Positions 19,839 through 30,138 of a stretch of 64,000 nucleotides of DNA are shown here, piece after piece. Within the stretch, counting starts at the first letter, position 1; the number at the start of each line of letters is the position of its first letter. The position numbers were made by a program, and so were the translations under genes. Source of the stretch: a virus. Lineage: Duplodnaviria > Caudoviricetes. The stretch covers positions 9,169-73,168 of the IMG/VR virus record IMGVR_UViG_2974626280_000001; one strand, 5' to 3'. The notes below the pieces were generated by a model. It was not told the DNA's origin, did not search any database, and saw only the letters and a list, made by a program, of their open reading frames with translations.

Positions 19839-22112
19839 ATGAGCGATTCATTAGAGAGATTTGTAATTGAATATTCTGTTGACCTAAAGGAATCGCTCAA
19901 GCGCCTTGAAGAACTACAAAACCGCATAGATTCTACCAACAAGAAAGCTAAAAGCTCAACTGACGTAAGCAATGCATTTAAGGACATGGCCGCAGAGATT
20001 AAACCTCTCTTCGGCGAGATGTCGCTTTTAGACACCGTAATAACCCGCGTCGGATATCGCCTGATGTGGATGGCTCCTATTATCGCCACACTTGGTGTCG
20101 CCGTCAAATCGGTGATGGATACGCGAAAAGAGTATGAAGCCCAGCGTAAGCTCGCATTTGAGTCAGGCATGGGGCCGATGGCTATTGAGCAATTCCAGCG
20201 CCAAGCTAACACGGCGTCCGGCGGCATTATCGGCGCTGAAGGTGCGCGAGGTATTATCCAGAAAACATCAAACCTGTCCATGCAGGCGTTCACCAACCCG
20301 GACGTGATGAGCCGTGAATCTCTCATCCTCAATCGTCTGGGCACGTCAGCATTTGACAAGGGCGGTAACATAAAATCTACCAGTAAAATCCTTGACGAAA
20401 TCGGCCAGAAGCTTGCCAGCGTAACCCAATCTCAGGCTGTAGCACTTGGCGCTCTGGCTAATTTTAGCGCGGACGAGGTTAAAGCTCTACGCAACCGTGG
20501 CGCGGCAGTCAGGGAAGCGTCCAAAATGTCTGAGCAGGAGTCTCAAAAGCTGCTTCAACAGCAAGCCGATATGGAAAAGGTTCGTAACAGCTTAGGCCGG
20601 ACTGCTGAGCAATGGCGCAGAATCGAGCTGGTAATCTCTTCCAATGTTATGCCGCTTGTTGAAGACCTGATCACCAACACCGCTAATGAAATCGAGATGG
20701 TGCAGCAAATATTCCAGACCATGAGTGATGGCTGGGAGACGTTCGTTGAGGATTTCAAGTGGGGGCTTCAACACCCATTCGCTACCTACGCAGAAACGCA
20801 GGAAGCGAAGTTGAGCCGATTCTTTGATAAGGTTCAAAAGGACCAAGAGAATCAGTCTCAGCGAGAATTACGTGAGCAGGACAAGAACTTCAATGAGTCA
20901 CGGCAGGCGCAGGCGTTATTCAGCCGTGACATCAACCTGTTTTCTTCCGCCGTCTCGACCTTTGCAGGCGTTATCGATGAGCGCCAGGCGTGGGCTGCAT
21001 GGGCCGGAGAGGTAGGAAGGGCTGCAGGGATTGGTCCTGTACAGGGTCAAGCCGCGCTGCCAACCGGGGCCACCTCCTCCACAGCTGTACCCGGTAAACC
21101 CGTAACCAATCAGGCGTATGACGAGATATTCCAGCGTGAAGCGGATAAGTACAAGCATTTGGGTATGACTCCTGACTTGCTTAAGGCGATTACGCGCGTA
21201 GAATCCAACTTCAACCCGAATGCTATAAGTGGCTCGGACGCTCATGGGCTGATGCAGATTATCGGCAAGAACTTTAAAGGGACCGGAATCACCAACCCTT
21301 ACGACCCGAACCAGAATATCGCAGCAGGCGCGCAACTCATGGCCGAATACCTGAAAGCGTCTGGCGGCGATTTACGTACCGCTCTAACAATGTATCATGG
21401 TGGCTATAAGCGTGAGAATTGGGGTCCGCTGACTCGTGCTTATCCAGACAAGGTCCTTGGTGCGCTTGACAATATCCAACGGGTTAAAGCGCAAGGCGGA
21501 GCCGCAGACCTTCAAAACCCTGACGGTGGTCGTCGCGTTGGTATGTACGAAAATATCAATGATAGCCGTCCAGCTGGCGCAGCTCCTTACCCGGTTGGGA
21601 CTCCAGGCGTTGATATGTCAACCAACAAGATGCCTAAAGGTCATACAGCGCCTGTTGCGGGTCAAGGTCGTGAAAATATTCAGTTGCGCGGTATTCAGGA
21701 AGCAATCGCGGGTTACTTAGGTGTGCCAGTTGAGCAAGTGATGCAGGGCTTCGTCAATAAAGGCGACGTTAAATTTGCACGCGAATACTTACAGATGGGT
21801 ACAGAACGTGAATACATCAAAAATGTCCAAATGTCAAAAATGCCCGGAATCAGGCCGAACATTGCAGCCGAAGCCGCCAAAAATGCACGCGCGGCTGCAT
21901 TCCAGCTCAATGCTTTCAACAAGTACGGTCAAGATGTGGAAAATAGAGCAAGACCGGGTGAGCGCGATATTACGATTGGACAGAAACAGATTGATATCCA
22001 TATTGATGGCGCTCGTGATCCACGCGGTACTGCTGAAGAAGTTCGCAGAAACCTGCTTCAGGACGACGTGAACGACATCAACAACCTTCTCTCAACTCCA
22101 GTACAGTGGTGA
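19839..22112 (+). CDS. Tape measure protein with soluble lytic transglycosylase domain
   Basis: Helical N-terminus; SLT motifs AITRVESNFNPNA, GLMQI, NIAAGA, ALTMYHGG. Confidence 0.9.
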   Translation: MSDSLERFVIEYSVDLKESLKRLEELQNRIDSTNKKAKSSTDVSNAFKDMAAEIKPLFGEMSLLDTVITRVGYRLMWMAPIIATLGVAVKSVMDTRKEYEAQRKLAFESGMGPMAIEQFQRQANTASGGIIGAEGARGIIQKTSNLSMQAFTNPDVMSRESLILNRLGTSAFDKGGNIKSTSKILDEIGQKLASVTQSQAVALGALANFSADEVKALRNRGAAVREASKMSEQESQKLLQQQADMEKVRNSLGRTAEQWRRIELVISSNVMPLVEDLITNTANEIEMVQQIFQTMSDGWETFVEDFKWGLQHPFATYAETQEAKLSRFFDKVQKDQENQSQRELREQDKNFNESRQAQALFSRDINLFSSAVSTFAGVIDERQAWAAWAGEVGRAAGIGPVQGQAALPTGATSSTAVPGKPVTNQAYDEIFQREADKYKHLGMTPDLLKAITRVESNFNPNAISGSDAHGLMQIIGKNFKGTGITNPYDPNQNIAAGAQLMAEYLKASGGDLRTALTMYHGGYKRENWGPLTRAYPDKVLGALDNIQRVKAQGGAADLQNPDGGRRVGMYENINDSRPAGAAPYPVGTPGVDMSTNKMPKGHTAPVAGQGRENIQLRGIQEAIAGYLGVPVEQVMQGFVNKGDVKFAREYLQMGTEREYIKNVQMSKMPGIRPNIAAEAAKNARAAAFQLNAFNKYGQDVENRARPGERDITIGQKQIDIHIDGARDPRGTAEEVRRNLLQDDVNDINNLLSTPVQW

Positions 22113-22116
22113 TTAG

Positions 22117-23001
22117 ATGAAAAAGAGACTTCTTAAAGTCACCTTCACGATGCCAGACGGAAAAGAGCAGGTGCTGGACCAGGAGATTATGTTGCGCTGC
22201 CGGATTAAAAAGGCCGCGCTTTCAATCCAAAATAAAGCTACAATAGAAGCAGGCTCCTTGACCGGGAACCTGCGAGAATTCTTACTTAGTAACTTTACTG
22301 CTTTTAACAAGCGCCTGCGTGAACAAGGAGCAATTGATGCATTCTACGTCGATGTTAAGATTGAAGCCGGATATCGTGAAAATGGCAGTGATAATCTTTA
22401 TCTTGTTTTTAAAGGCCAGACTGTGTTGGCCGAAATATCATCACCGCCGCCCAATCTGGCTGTGCGAATTACTTGCTACACGCAGCAAATTGATAGAACG
22501 AAATTCCGTACCCGTCCGGCCCCAAGCCCCAGTACATTTGAAGCGTTTTGTCGTTATGCGTCAGAGCAGATGGGTTTAAGCGCTCCGCCTATTATCGACA
22601 CGTCAATCAACCAAATGGAAGTGATAAATCCTGGCCGTACCGCCTTTGTAGTCGCGGCCTTGCTGCCTGAAATACAGAACTATGCGCGCAACACTATTGC
22701 TGCGTATATTGATGACGACCAGTTGATTGTCAGAGATAAAAACCGTATACTTGACCCTCAAAATGTGAAGCTTTTGACGGAGTTTGTAGAGCCGCCGATG
22801 TGGACCGAGTGGGGTGCAGATTTCTCGACTATGTACACGCCAGAGGTTCGGTTGGCTCAGGGCGTGAAATTCCGTTCCGTTCTTAACCCAAGCCTGAACG
22901 ATACGACCTTTGTTGTGCTCCAGATTGAGTATGACTTGGAATCGCGCGGCGATAACTTCCGTATGACTGGTGCCGTATCGCCAGCAGCGGTATCGAGCTG
23001 A
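22117..23001 (+). CDS. Baseplate hub protein
   Basis: Follows the tape measure gene; MKKRLLKVTF start; IEAGY motif. Confidence 0.7.
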   Translation: MKKRLLKVTFTMPDGKEQVLDQEIMLRCRIKKAALSIQNKATIEAGSLTGNLREFLLSNFTAFNKRLREQGAIDAFYVDVKIEAGYRENGSDNLYLVFKGQTVLAEISSPPPNLAVRITCYTQQIDRTKFRTRPAPSPSTFEAFCRYASEQMGLSAPPIIDTSINQMEVINPGRTAFVVAALLPEIQNYARNTIAAYIDDDQLIVRDKNRILDPQNVKLLTEFVEPPMWTEWGADFSTMYTPEVRLAQGVKFRSVLNPSLNDTTFVVLQIEYDLESRGDNFRMTGAVSPAAVSS

Positions 23002-23002
23002 A

Positions 23003-23518
23003 ATGAGAAAGGTTAAGCAATTCGAAGTGTTTGGCGTGGTGTATGAGAATCTCCAGATGCCTGCCGTAGAGGCATTTGGCTTGATTGATTACATAACGCT
23101 TGCAGAGCCTGAAGAGATGTTGCGCTACTGCTCCGTTGTCAAATATGACGGTTCTAAGGTCGCGCTAAACAAGAAGACGATTGATAAAGAGGTGAAGGAT
23201 GTTCTTGGCTATGTCCCGGCCAAAGCGGTCCTGTCAGCGATAATGCAAGTCGTCATTGATCACAACTTTGGATTTCTTCAGGAGTGGAAAGGGGCTAAAA
23301 TCCCATCCAGATTTGTATCGTCCGGCCACACTGAAAAGTCCACTTACATGGAACCTATTATTGCGCAAATAGTAACTGCCAATTTGGTTCAGTACAAAGA
23401 CCTTGAGACGTATTACTCATTATTCGATGCATTCTCTATGTTCGATGCACTATTAATCAAATCCCTCAACGAAGCTTACGCAAGCGAAGCTGCGGCAAAA
23501 GAAGCCAAGAACAGATAA
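23003..23518 (+). CDS. Tail/baseplate assembly chaperone-like protein
   Basis: Start moved to MRKVKQF; C-terminal DLETYYSLFDAFSMFDAL resembles gpT-type chaperone segments. Confidence 0.5.
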   Translation: MRKVKQFEVFGVVYENLQMPAVEAFGLIDYITLAEPEEMLRYCSVVKYDGSKVALNKKTIDKEVKDVLGYVPAKAVLSAIMQVVIDHNFGFLQEWKGAKIPSRFVSSGHTEKSTYMEPIIAQIVTANLVQYKDLETYYSLFDAFSMFDALLIKSLNEAYASEAAAKEAKNR

Positions 23519-23527
23519 CCCTGCTTA

Positions 23528-23576
23528 TTTACTATCCAGACCTCTTACAGTATAATCGCTTGATTACTGTAAGAGG
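23528..23576 (+). promoter_or_regulatory. Internal promoter overlapped by a 12-bp inverted repeat covering the RBS
   Basis: TTTACT-17-TATAAT (23528-23556); CCTCTTACAGTA (23541-23552) / TACTGTAAGAGG (23565-23576). Confidence 0.75.
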
Positions 23577-23581
23577 TTGAC

Positions 23582-24310
23582 ATGGCCGAAAAAATCACAC
23601 AGTTAACCAACAACAACTCCACGGATAAAGCCAGCCTATTCGCCGCGCTTAGCTTCATGACAAATCAGATGAAGCTGAATACTGACGGCATGATTCCTGC
23701 TAAGGTCGTATCATACGACAGAGACGCGAATGTGGCGACCGTGAAACCCGTTATTCACTTTCTTGCTCTGGATGGGAAAGAAATCCATCGAGACGAACTC
23801 ACCCAAATAAATGTCTTATCAATCGGTGGCGGCGGATTTCACATATCATTCCCTCTAAAGGCTGGTGACTTAGGCTGGATATTCGCATCAGACAGGGACT
23901 TGACGAAGTTTAAAAAGGATTTGGCTGAGGGCGCTCCGAGCAACGGCCAGGCCAAAACGTTTGCCAGCGGCCTGTTCATCCCTGATGTGTTCCGCCAGTA
24001 TACCATAAACGGAGAAGACTCCGGTGCCATGGTAATTCAGGCCACAGACGGAGCCACCCGCGTGGCCATAGATGGCAACGAGATTCGGATGACGGCTAAA
24101 ACGCTTGTGAAGATTGACGCTCCTACGACGCAAGTGATGAAAGAGTTAATCGTTGAGGGTCTTGCGACAATGAATGGCGGCGTCACGGCTAAAGACGGAA
24201 CCGCTGTCACATTACCTTCCACAACTACTGTTGCTGGTAAAAACGTAAACGACCACGGCCATGAGCAAAATGGCGATTCGGGCCGCACATCTGGAGGCAT
24301 GCTGCCATGA
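23582..24310 (+). CDS. Baseplate central spike (Gp138/gpV-like)
   Basis: MIPAKVVSYD, PLKAGDLGW motifs and C-terminal HxH (NDHGH) metal-binding tip. Confidence 0.85.
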   Translation: MAEKITQLTNNNSTDKASLFAALSFMTNQMKLNTDGMIPAKVVSYDRDANVATVKPVIHFLALDGKEIHRDELTQINVLSIGGGGFHISFPLKAGDLGWIFASDRDLTKFKKDLAEGAPSNGQAKTFASGLFIPDVFRQYTINGEDSGAMVIQATDGATRVAIDGNEIRMTAKTLVKIDAPTTQVMKELIVEGLATMNGGVTAKDGTAVTLPSTTTVAGKNVNDHGHEQNGDSGRTSGGMLP

Positions 24311-25572
24311 CAGCAGAATACGTATTCACTAACGAAACTGGAATCATATCGGTTGACACATCAACCCTTCTCGACGATGTCAAGAAAGAGTATACTGACG
24401 CGCTTGGCGACGGTCTTGACACTGATGCATCAACTCCTCAAGGAACTATGATTCAGGGCGAAACTCTGGCGCGAACCTCTGTTATGAAGAATAACGCAGA
24501 GCTTGCCAATGTTATTAATCCTTCATATTCTTATGGAACGTTCCTTGATGCCATCGCTTCGCTGACTGGTGTGGAGCGCGGCCTGAAACAACCAACCCTC
24601 GTCCGTGAACTTGCCTTTGAAGGGAACACTGGCGTGGTCGTCGATGCAGGGTCACGTATTCGGAGCGCCAACGGCGACGTCTTTACAGTGTTGAGTCCTG
24701 TAACCCTTGAGTCCAACACAATTGTTCGCGGCCTTGCCACCTCTGTAGCTATGGGGAACATCCCTCTTTCCGCAGGCGAGTTGACCATTGTTGATGGAAA
24801 AATTGGTTGGGGCGCAGTGCGCGCTGATGATTTGACAACCGTAGTTCCCGGACAGCTTGAGCTCAGCGACTCTGCACTTAAGGTTGCGCGTAAACGCCGC
24901 CTGTATCAGCAAGGCTCTGCAAGCCTGCAAGCTATTGCTGCTCGTGTGATGGCGATTGACGGTACTCGTTCAGTAAAAGCGATTGAGAACGACTCTGGCG
25001 CGATTGGACAGGTCCACGGAATAGACTTCCAGACCCCTAATGGCGTTTGGGTTTGCGTTGATAGTACGGCATCTGATCAAGTTATCGCAGAAGCGCTATT
25101 CAGAGCCAAGCAGGGCGGCCAGCCTTTTGACTTTGCAAGCAAAGGCGGAATAACCCAAGGCAGACCGGTTATGGGGCCGAACGGCGTGCCAGTTGTAGAC
25201 CCTGTAAGTAAGGTAACTTATTACGTAAAATTCATGCGCCCTGTTATGATGGATTTATATGTTCAAATTACTGTTGCGCGCGGTACTTCTATTGCCAATG
25301 CCGACGACATAAAACGCGCCTTGATTTATTACTCAGAAGGACTTATTCAGGGCGAAGAAGGTTTTGTGGTAGGGGCTTCCGCTTCGGCATTCGAGCTTTC
25401 TGGTGCAGTCTCTAACCAGTACCCCGGCCTTTATGTCAAAGACGTTAAGGTAGCGGCGGTAGCAGCAGGCTCAGCCGCGCCAACCGCTGGCTTCAGTACC
25501 GAAGTTGTTGCGCTTGCTTGGCAGAGATTCCAAATAAATGTAGGCTTTGTTCAGGTTACGGTGGTGCCATAA
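24307..25572 (+). CDS. Baseplate J-like wedge protein
   Basis: STPQGTMIQGE, GTFLDAI, ELSDSALKVARKR motifs. Confidence 0.85.
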   Translation: MTAEYVFTNETGIISVDTSTLLDDVKKEYTDALGDGLDTDASTPQGTMIQGETLARTSVMKNNAELANVINPSYSYGTFLDAIASLTGVERGLKQPTLVRELAFEGNTGVVVDAGSRIRSANGDVFTVLSPVTLESNTIVRGLATSVAMGNIPLSAGELTIVDGKIGWGAVRADDLTTVVPGQLELSDSALKVARKRRLYQQGSASLQAIAARVMAIDGTRSVKAIENDSGAIGQVHGIDFQTPNGVWVCVDSTASDQVIAEALFRAKQGGQPFDFASKGGITQGRPVMGPNGVPVVDPVSKVTYYVKFMRPVMMDLYVQITVARGTSIANADDIKRALIYYSEGLIQGEEGFVVGASASAFELSGAVSNQYPGLYVKDVKVAAVAAGSAAPTAGFSTEVVALAWQRFQINVGFVQVTVVP

Positions 25573-27296
25573 TGGAAAAGTTTAATACTGATTTAACTCA
25601 GGTAATTAAATGGCTGCAGAATAAGGCTCCTAGCATTCAATCAATCATTAACTCAAAAAGTGAGTGGTATGAAAGGTATAACACTGTTTTTTGGGAGCAA
25701 TGGGAGAAGGATGTTTTCAATCTGGACACCGCTAATGAATTCGGAATTTATGTTTGGTGCGAAATATTAGGCGTTCCGAAAGACAATTTTGTTTTTGATC
25801 CAATGGATAATGCTTGGGCTTTCGGTAAAGAGCGGAAAAACTTTGTTTACTCCGGCATGAACACCACGATACCTGCCGCGAACCGTGAACTTGTCGGCGG
25901 CAACTTTTTTGGCGCAGGCAACCAGGTTGTAAGAAGTTTGGAAGAGGCAAGAATTATTCTCAAGCTGCGCTACGTCACATTAATATCCGATGGAAAGATT
26001 GCTAGCATAAACCAGGCAATTCAATTTGCAATCAACAAAGGTCAACCATGGGATTTTCAAAATTTAAAATTCCTTTATGCTGTTGACTCAGCAAGCACGC
26101 CTTTGAATAATACAGGATTCAAGTTCCCTGATATATACGTGCAGGATGTTCTTGGAGTAGATAAACTTGAGCTTGGTACACGCAGAAACTGGATTGGATA
26201 TTCTTCTGACCTTAGAATGATTCAAGAATTAGCTGGCGCACGCTGGAATTCTTCTTTGCCTTATAAGACTTCTCAGAGTATTGAAAGCCCTCATATTAAA
26301 GTGATCCAGAATTACAGTGCTATTAAGATAACTGCGCTTGACTTCGACAATACCGGGTTTGACTTTGGGCCAAGGGTGTCAACTGATGTGCAAACTAGCT
26401 ATCTTGGCAGCTCACCTTCTGATGTGATAATATTATCAACCTACGTCAAGTTGAATGGCTCTGGTGACATGGATATGGTCACTCTTTCAGGAATGGATTA
26501 TAAAGCGCCAAATATGAATGACGATACGGTCAGAAACTGGTTTGTTAATCAGACTGCCACTTTCGACTTCAGCTCAAGGGGTAATCCGAAGATTACTGTC
26601 AGCGGCGTTACTTTAGCCGATGGCCGATGCCCTTCTGACATAAAGTGCGCAGGGTTCCAAATGCTTTCAAACGGATGGTGCCGCATCTGGAATACTTGCA
26701 TACGCAGCAGCGCGGCACAAGTGGTCGGCACTGTCCCAAGAGTAGGAAAAGCAAGATTCACATTCTATTCTAAAAACGGCGACAACAAAGGCAAGACAGT
26801 AAGCATTTTTGGCCCTATGGCAGAGAAACTCACCTATTCTGCTACTGTTCGAAAATACCCAGGAAGGGTTATATATGGAAACAATAATTTCAGCTCATCA
26901 TCTTCAACGAGTTTCGGAGATTATGCGCAGTTTTACAATGCTGATTCGACTGTAAGAGTAACATTTGGCAATTACGTTTTCAGCGTAAACGGAACGACTT
27001 ACAACGTTTCTTCTTTGGTAAACAACGCCAAAGCGTTTTACGGCGGCGAATGGAACAATTACGCCCTAACTGGTTTAACTCAATTCGCAACTGGCGACGG
27101 CTATGCTAACGTGTTTAATATTACACAGCCGCCAGGATATCCTGGTCCATATGGCGCTTACCAATCAATGGGTATGGCTTACCGACTGGGCAGCGGCTTA
27201 GGCTTTAGTCAGCAGATGATTAATATTTTAAGTAACAGAGAATTGGGCATACTCCCAGCAAATGCTGGCGTGCCTTATACTTTAATAGTTATGTAA
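25572..27296 (+). CDS. Baseplate wedge (DUF2612-like) with large inserted domain
   Basis: ATG overlaps the previous TAA; N-terminal FNLDTANEFGIYVWCEILG and C-terminal LGILPANAGV flank roughly 350 extra residues. Confidence 0.75.
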   Translation: MEKFNTDLTQVIKWLQNKAPSIQSIINSKSEWYERYNTVFWEQWEKDVFNLDTANEFGIYVWCEILGVPKDNFVFDPMDNAWAFGKERKNFVYSGMNTTIPAANRELVGGNFFGAGNQVVRSLEEARIILKLRYVTLISDGKIASINQAIQFAINKGQPWDFQNLKFLYAVDSASTPLNNTGFKFPDIYVQDVLGVDKLELGTRRNWIGYSSDLRMIQELAGARWNSSLPYKTSQSIESPHIKVIQNYSAIKITALDFDNTGFDFGPRVSTDVQTSYLGSSPSDVIILSTYVKLNGSGDMDMVTLSGMDYKAPNMNDDTVRNWFVNQTATFDFSSRGNPKITVSGVTLADGRCPSDIKCAGFQMLSNGWCRIWNTCIRSSAAQVVGTVPRVGKARFTFYSKNGDNKGKTVSIFGPMAEKLTYSATVRKYPGRVIYGNNNFSSSSSTSFGDYAQFYNADSTVRVTFGNYVFSVNGTTYNVSSLVNNAKAFYGGEWNNYALTGLTQFATGDGYANVFNITQPPGYPGPYGAYQSMGMAYRLGSGLGFSQQMINILSNRELGILPANAGVPYTLIVM

Positions 27297-27312
27297 AACT
27301 CAGAGGTGTGTA

Positions 27313-29199
27313 ATGCCTAAATTATTCACAAGACCTTTCGCTGAAACAGGTGACAAGTCTCTACCGCCTGATAACGATAATAGCGGATTCGTCAGCTTTA
27401 CGCAAGGTTATACGCCGGATTATGAGCGAAGCCTTGCAAAGGGCGACCCGCTTGCAAAGGCCGTAGAGCGACCAATTCAGAACGGTCTTTTCAACCAAAT
27501 CACTGATCACCTGCTTTGGTATCAAACTCACGGTTTTATGCAGTGGGATGCGACACGCGCGGCGAACGCGGGTTATTCGTTTAATGACATTGTTGTAGAC
27601 ACCGTTCAAACGGTTGAGCCGTTTACTTGGCGAGTATTCCGCGCGGCCAAGGACAATGTAATGTCTAAACCGACATCGGCGTCAGCTTCGTCTGCAAGTC
27701 CTGATTGGGAAGAGATTCCGCTTCCAAGCGTGGTGCGCTCTCTGATACCTTTCCAGTCTGGCAAGGACTTTGCGAACCTGCGCAATGCCGCCACTTCGTT
27801 CATCACTGGTGGAACGATTGAGAGCCTGTCTAAAGGCTTTTATATCTGCCCTAACGTGACATCCGTAACCACGATAACCGACCTTCCGCCGAAGATTGGT
27901 GAATCCACCATTATCAAGCCTTTCACCGTTGAAGTTGCTGAGTGGGAAACGACGGAAGGCACCACGCCAACGGTGTATCGCATTGAGCGCATGGTCACGG
28001 TTGACGGCTTCGTATTCGTTCGCAGCAAAGTCAATGGTAATAAAGGTAACTGGGTTCCACAGGTTACGCCGCAGATGCAAGCGCGTGGGTATCTGAATAT
28101 GGCCGATGCTACCGTATCGGGCAACGGCGCTGCTCTGGTTCCTAAAGTTCCATTTGTTGCGACTGTCGGCAGTCACCTTAATTTTGTGGCTCCGGGCGCA
28201 TCCAGCGGCGCTGCTGATTACCAGGTCAATATAGGCGGCAACAACTACAACGTCGTTGGCCGGAACATGGCTCGTTTGGCTAATAACGCCATCCAGGCTG
28301 ATACCTGGGTTGAGATGGTATTGATCAATCCAACAACGTTCATGCTGTTGAGCGCAAACAGCGGTCAATTTCAGGTTCCGACTGCCGTTGCAGACGACGC
28401 CGCGCCAACCTGGAAGCAGGTGAAAGACCTTTTTGCCACCGCTCTTAACTTTGACAAGATTTTCCCTGTTGGATTCGCTTTCGGATTCATGAACGGAACC
28501 GACCCGAATACTGCCTATCCGGGAACGAAGTGGAGAAAGCTGCCGCAAGGCACAAGCTGGCGTAACGCAGCAGCGGGTCAAAATCCAGGCGACTTGATTG
28601 GTAGCGATACATTCAAGCTTGCTCTGGCTAACATTCCAGCTCATGATCACAAGTTCTCGACAACGACCGGGCAGTCTGGTGCGGCAACGCTGACGACTTC
28701 TCCTTACGATTACGGCTCGAAGCCTACCAACTCGACTGGCAATCATTCTCACCGTTTCAGCGGTTCAACGAGTTCAAACGGCCAGCACAGCCACGGCGCT
28801 TCAACCAATACGACTGGCTCACACGCCCATGCTTATGCAGGCGATGATGAGTTGCCGCCAGTATGGGGGTATCAGGCCAGAGAGACTGACCGATACGATG
28901 CTGACTCTGACAAGAACCGCTGGAGTAACCGTTATTGGACCTCAACGTCTGGCGCTCACTCGCACACCGTTACCATCGTCGCTAACGGCGCTCACCAGCA
29001 CACTTTCAGTGGAACAACCAGCTCAGACGGTGAACACGCTCACAGTGTGGAAATAGGCTCTCACGGTCACAGCGTTCAAACGCCTAACCACACTCACTCA
29101 GTTAACGGCACTACTGATAAAACTGGTAATGCCGATGCAACTCCGATTGATACGGTTCCTAAAAGTATCATTCTGATTGGCTGGTATCGTTACGAATAA
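27313..29199 (+). CDS. Long tail fibre/receptor-binding protein
   Basis: PFAETGD...SFTQGYTPDYE N-terminus; C-terminal HxH repeats as in T4 gp37-type needle tips. Confidence 0.85.
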   Translation: MPKLFTRPFAETGDKSLPPDNDNSGFVSFTQGYTPDYERSLAKGDPLAKAVERPIQNGLFNQITDHLLWYQTHGFMQWDATRAANAGYSFNDIVVDTVQTVEPFTWRVFRAAKDNVMSKPTSASASSASPDWEEIPLPSVVRSLIPFQSGKDFANLRNAATSFITGGTIESLSKGFYICPNVTSVTTITDLPPKIGESTIIKPFTVEVAEWETTEGTTPTVYRIERMVTVDGFVFVRSKVNGNKGNWVPQVTPQMQARGYLNMADATVSGNGAALVPKVPFVATVGSHLNFVAPGASSGAADYQVNIGGNNYNVVGRNMARLANNAIQADTWVEMVLINPTTFMLLSANSGQFQVPTAVADDAAPTWKQVKDLFATALNFDKIFPVGFAFGFMNGTDPNTAYPGTKWRKLPQGTSWRNAAAGQNPGDLIGSDTFKLALANIPAHDHKFSTTTGQSGAATLTTSPYDYGSKPTNSTGNHSHRFSGSTSSNGQHSHGASTNTTGSHAHAYAGDDELPPVWGYQARETDRYDADSDKNRWSNRYWTSTSGAHSHTVTIVANGAHQHTFSGTTSSDGEHAHSVEIGSHGHSVQTPNHTHSVNGTTDKTGNADATPIDTVPKSIILIGWYRYE

Positions 29200-29205
29200 G
29201 GGTAT

Positions 29206-29862
29206 ATGATGATTACTGAAAAAGCAATAGCAATTGGGACTGGTTGTTCAGCAGAAGACGCTAAAAAGTGGCTTAATCCCGTCATCGCAGCATGTGCGCA
29301 TTACGGTATTACCAGCAACCGCGCCATTGCTGCTTTCCTCGCCAACATCGGCGTTGAAACTGGCGGCCTGACTAAGCTGGTCGAGAACCTGAATTATTCG
29401 GCCCAGGGGCTGGCTAATACATGGCCTAACCGCTACCGGGAAACCCTCAAGGACGGAACCAAGCGCCCTAACGCGTTGGCTGAGAAGCTGGCTCGCAACC
29501 CAGAAGCGATTGCCAATAACGTTTACGCCAACCGTATGGGCAACGGCGACGAAGCGAGCGGTGACGGCTGGAAATATCGCGGCCATGGGCCAATGCAGCT
29601 AACCGGAAAAGACAATTATCTGGCTTATGAAAAGGCGTCAGGCTATATGGTGATGAACCAGCCTGAGATTCTGGCCATTGATCCTCTTCTGGCTATCGAT
29701 AGCGCTGCTTGGTTTTTCGCAGAGCGCGGCAAGTGTATTCCGGCCGCAAATGCTGGCAACTTCGATGAGGTTGTGCGCCGTATAAACGGAAGCCTGCCGA
29801 ACGATGCCAATAAGGGTCCGTTGCGCCGCAAGCGTTACCAGGATTGTTTAGCGCAGTTGTAA
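29206..29862 (+). CDS. Endolysin, glycoside hydrolase family 19
   Basis: AAFLANIGVETGGL, ENLNYSA, GDGWKYRGHGPMQLTGKDNY, SAAWFF, RRING. Confidence 0.92.
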   Translation: MMITEKAIAIGTGCSAEDAKKWLNPVIAACAHYGITSNRAIAAFLANIGVETGGLTKLVENLNYSAQGLANTWPNRYRETLKDGTKRPNALAEKLARNPEAIANNVYANRMGNGDEASGDGWKYRGHGPMQLTGKDNYLAYEKASGYMVMNQPEILAIDPLLAIDSAAWFFAERGKCIPAANAGNFDEVVRRINGSLPNDANKGPLRRKRYQDCLAQL

Positions 29863-29898
29863 AAGAAAAGGCCCGGATATCCGGGCCTGTTTTTATTT
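29861..29898. terminator. Bidirectional intrinsic terminator
   Basis: A-tract, GGCCCGG-ATAT-CCGGGCC, T-tract, between convergent genes. Confidence 0.85.
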
Positions 29899-30123
29899 GA
29901 TGACTTGCTGTTGAGGTGGAGTCATTAACTGGTCTGTATCAACAGGGGCAACGTCGAAGTAATATCCGAACGCTCCAACAGCACCAATAAGTAACGTCCT
30001 GAGTAACCTGTCCTTGATAGTCTCTCCAAGAAGTCTCACCAGAAGAGCCAAGATTGCGCCATAAAGTTCCTTTTTAAGCCTTGCATCTTCCGGGTGTTCA
30101 CGTTTCCTGCGTCGCACCGCCAT
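29893..30123 (-). CDS. Small membrane protein
   Basis: Basic N-terminus and two hydrophobic stretches. Confidence 0.6.
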   Translation of the reverse strand: MAVRRRKREHPEDARLKKELYGAILALLVRLLGETIKDRLLRTLLIGAVGAFGYYFDVAPVDTDQLMTPPQQQVIK

Positions 30124-30138
30124 GCTAACCGCCTAATA

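Noticed and set aside
19398-19839. Programmed frameshift in the tail chaperone
   Set aside because: No XXXYYYZ slippery heptamer near the stop and no room for a downstream frame before the tape measure gene
27682-28752. 356-aa minus-strand ORF inside the tail fibre gene
   Set aside because: Antisense shadow of a codon-biased gene, with no motifs or RBS
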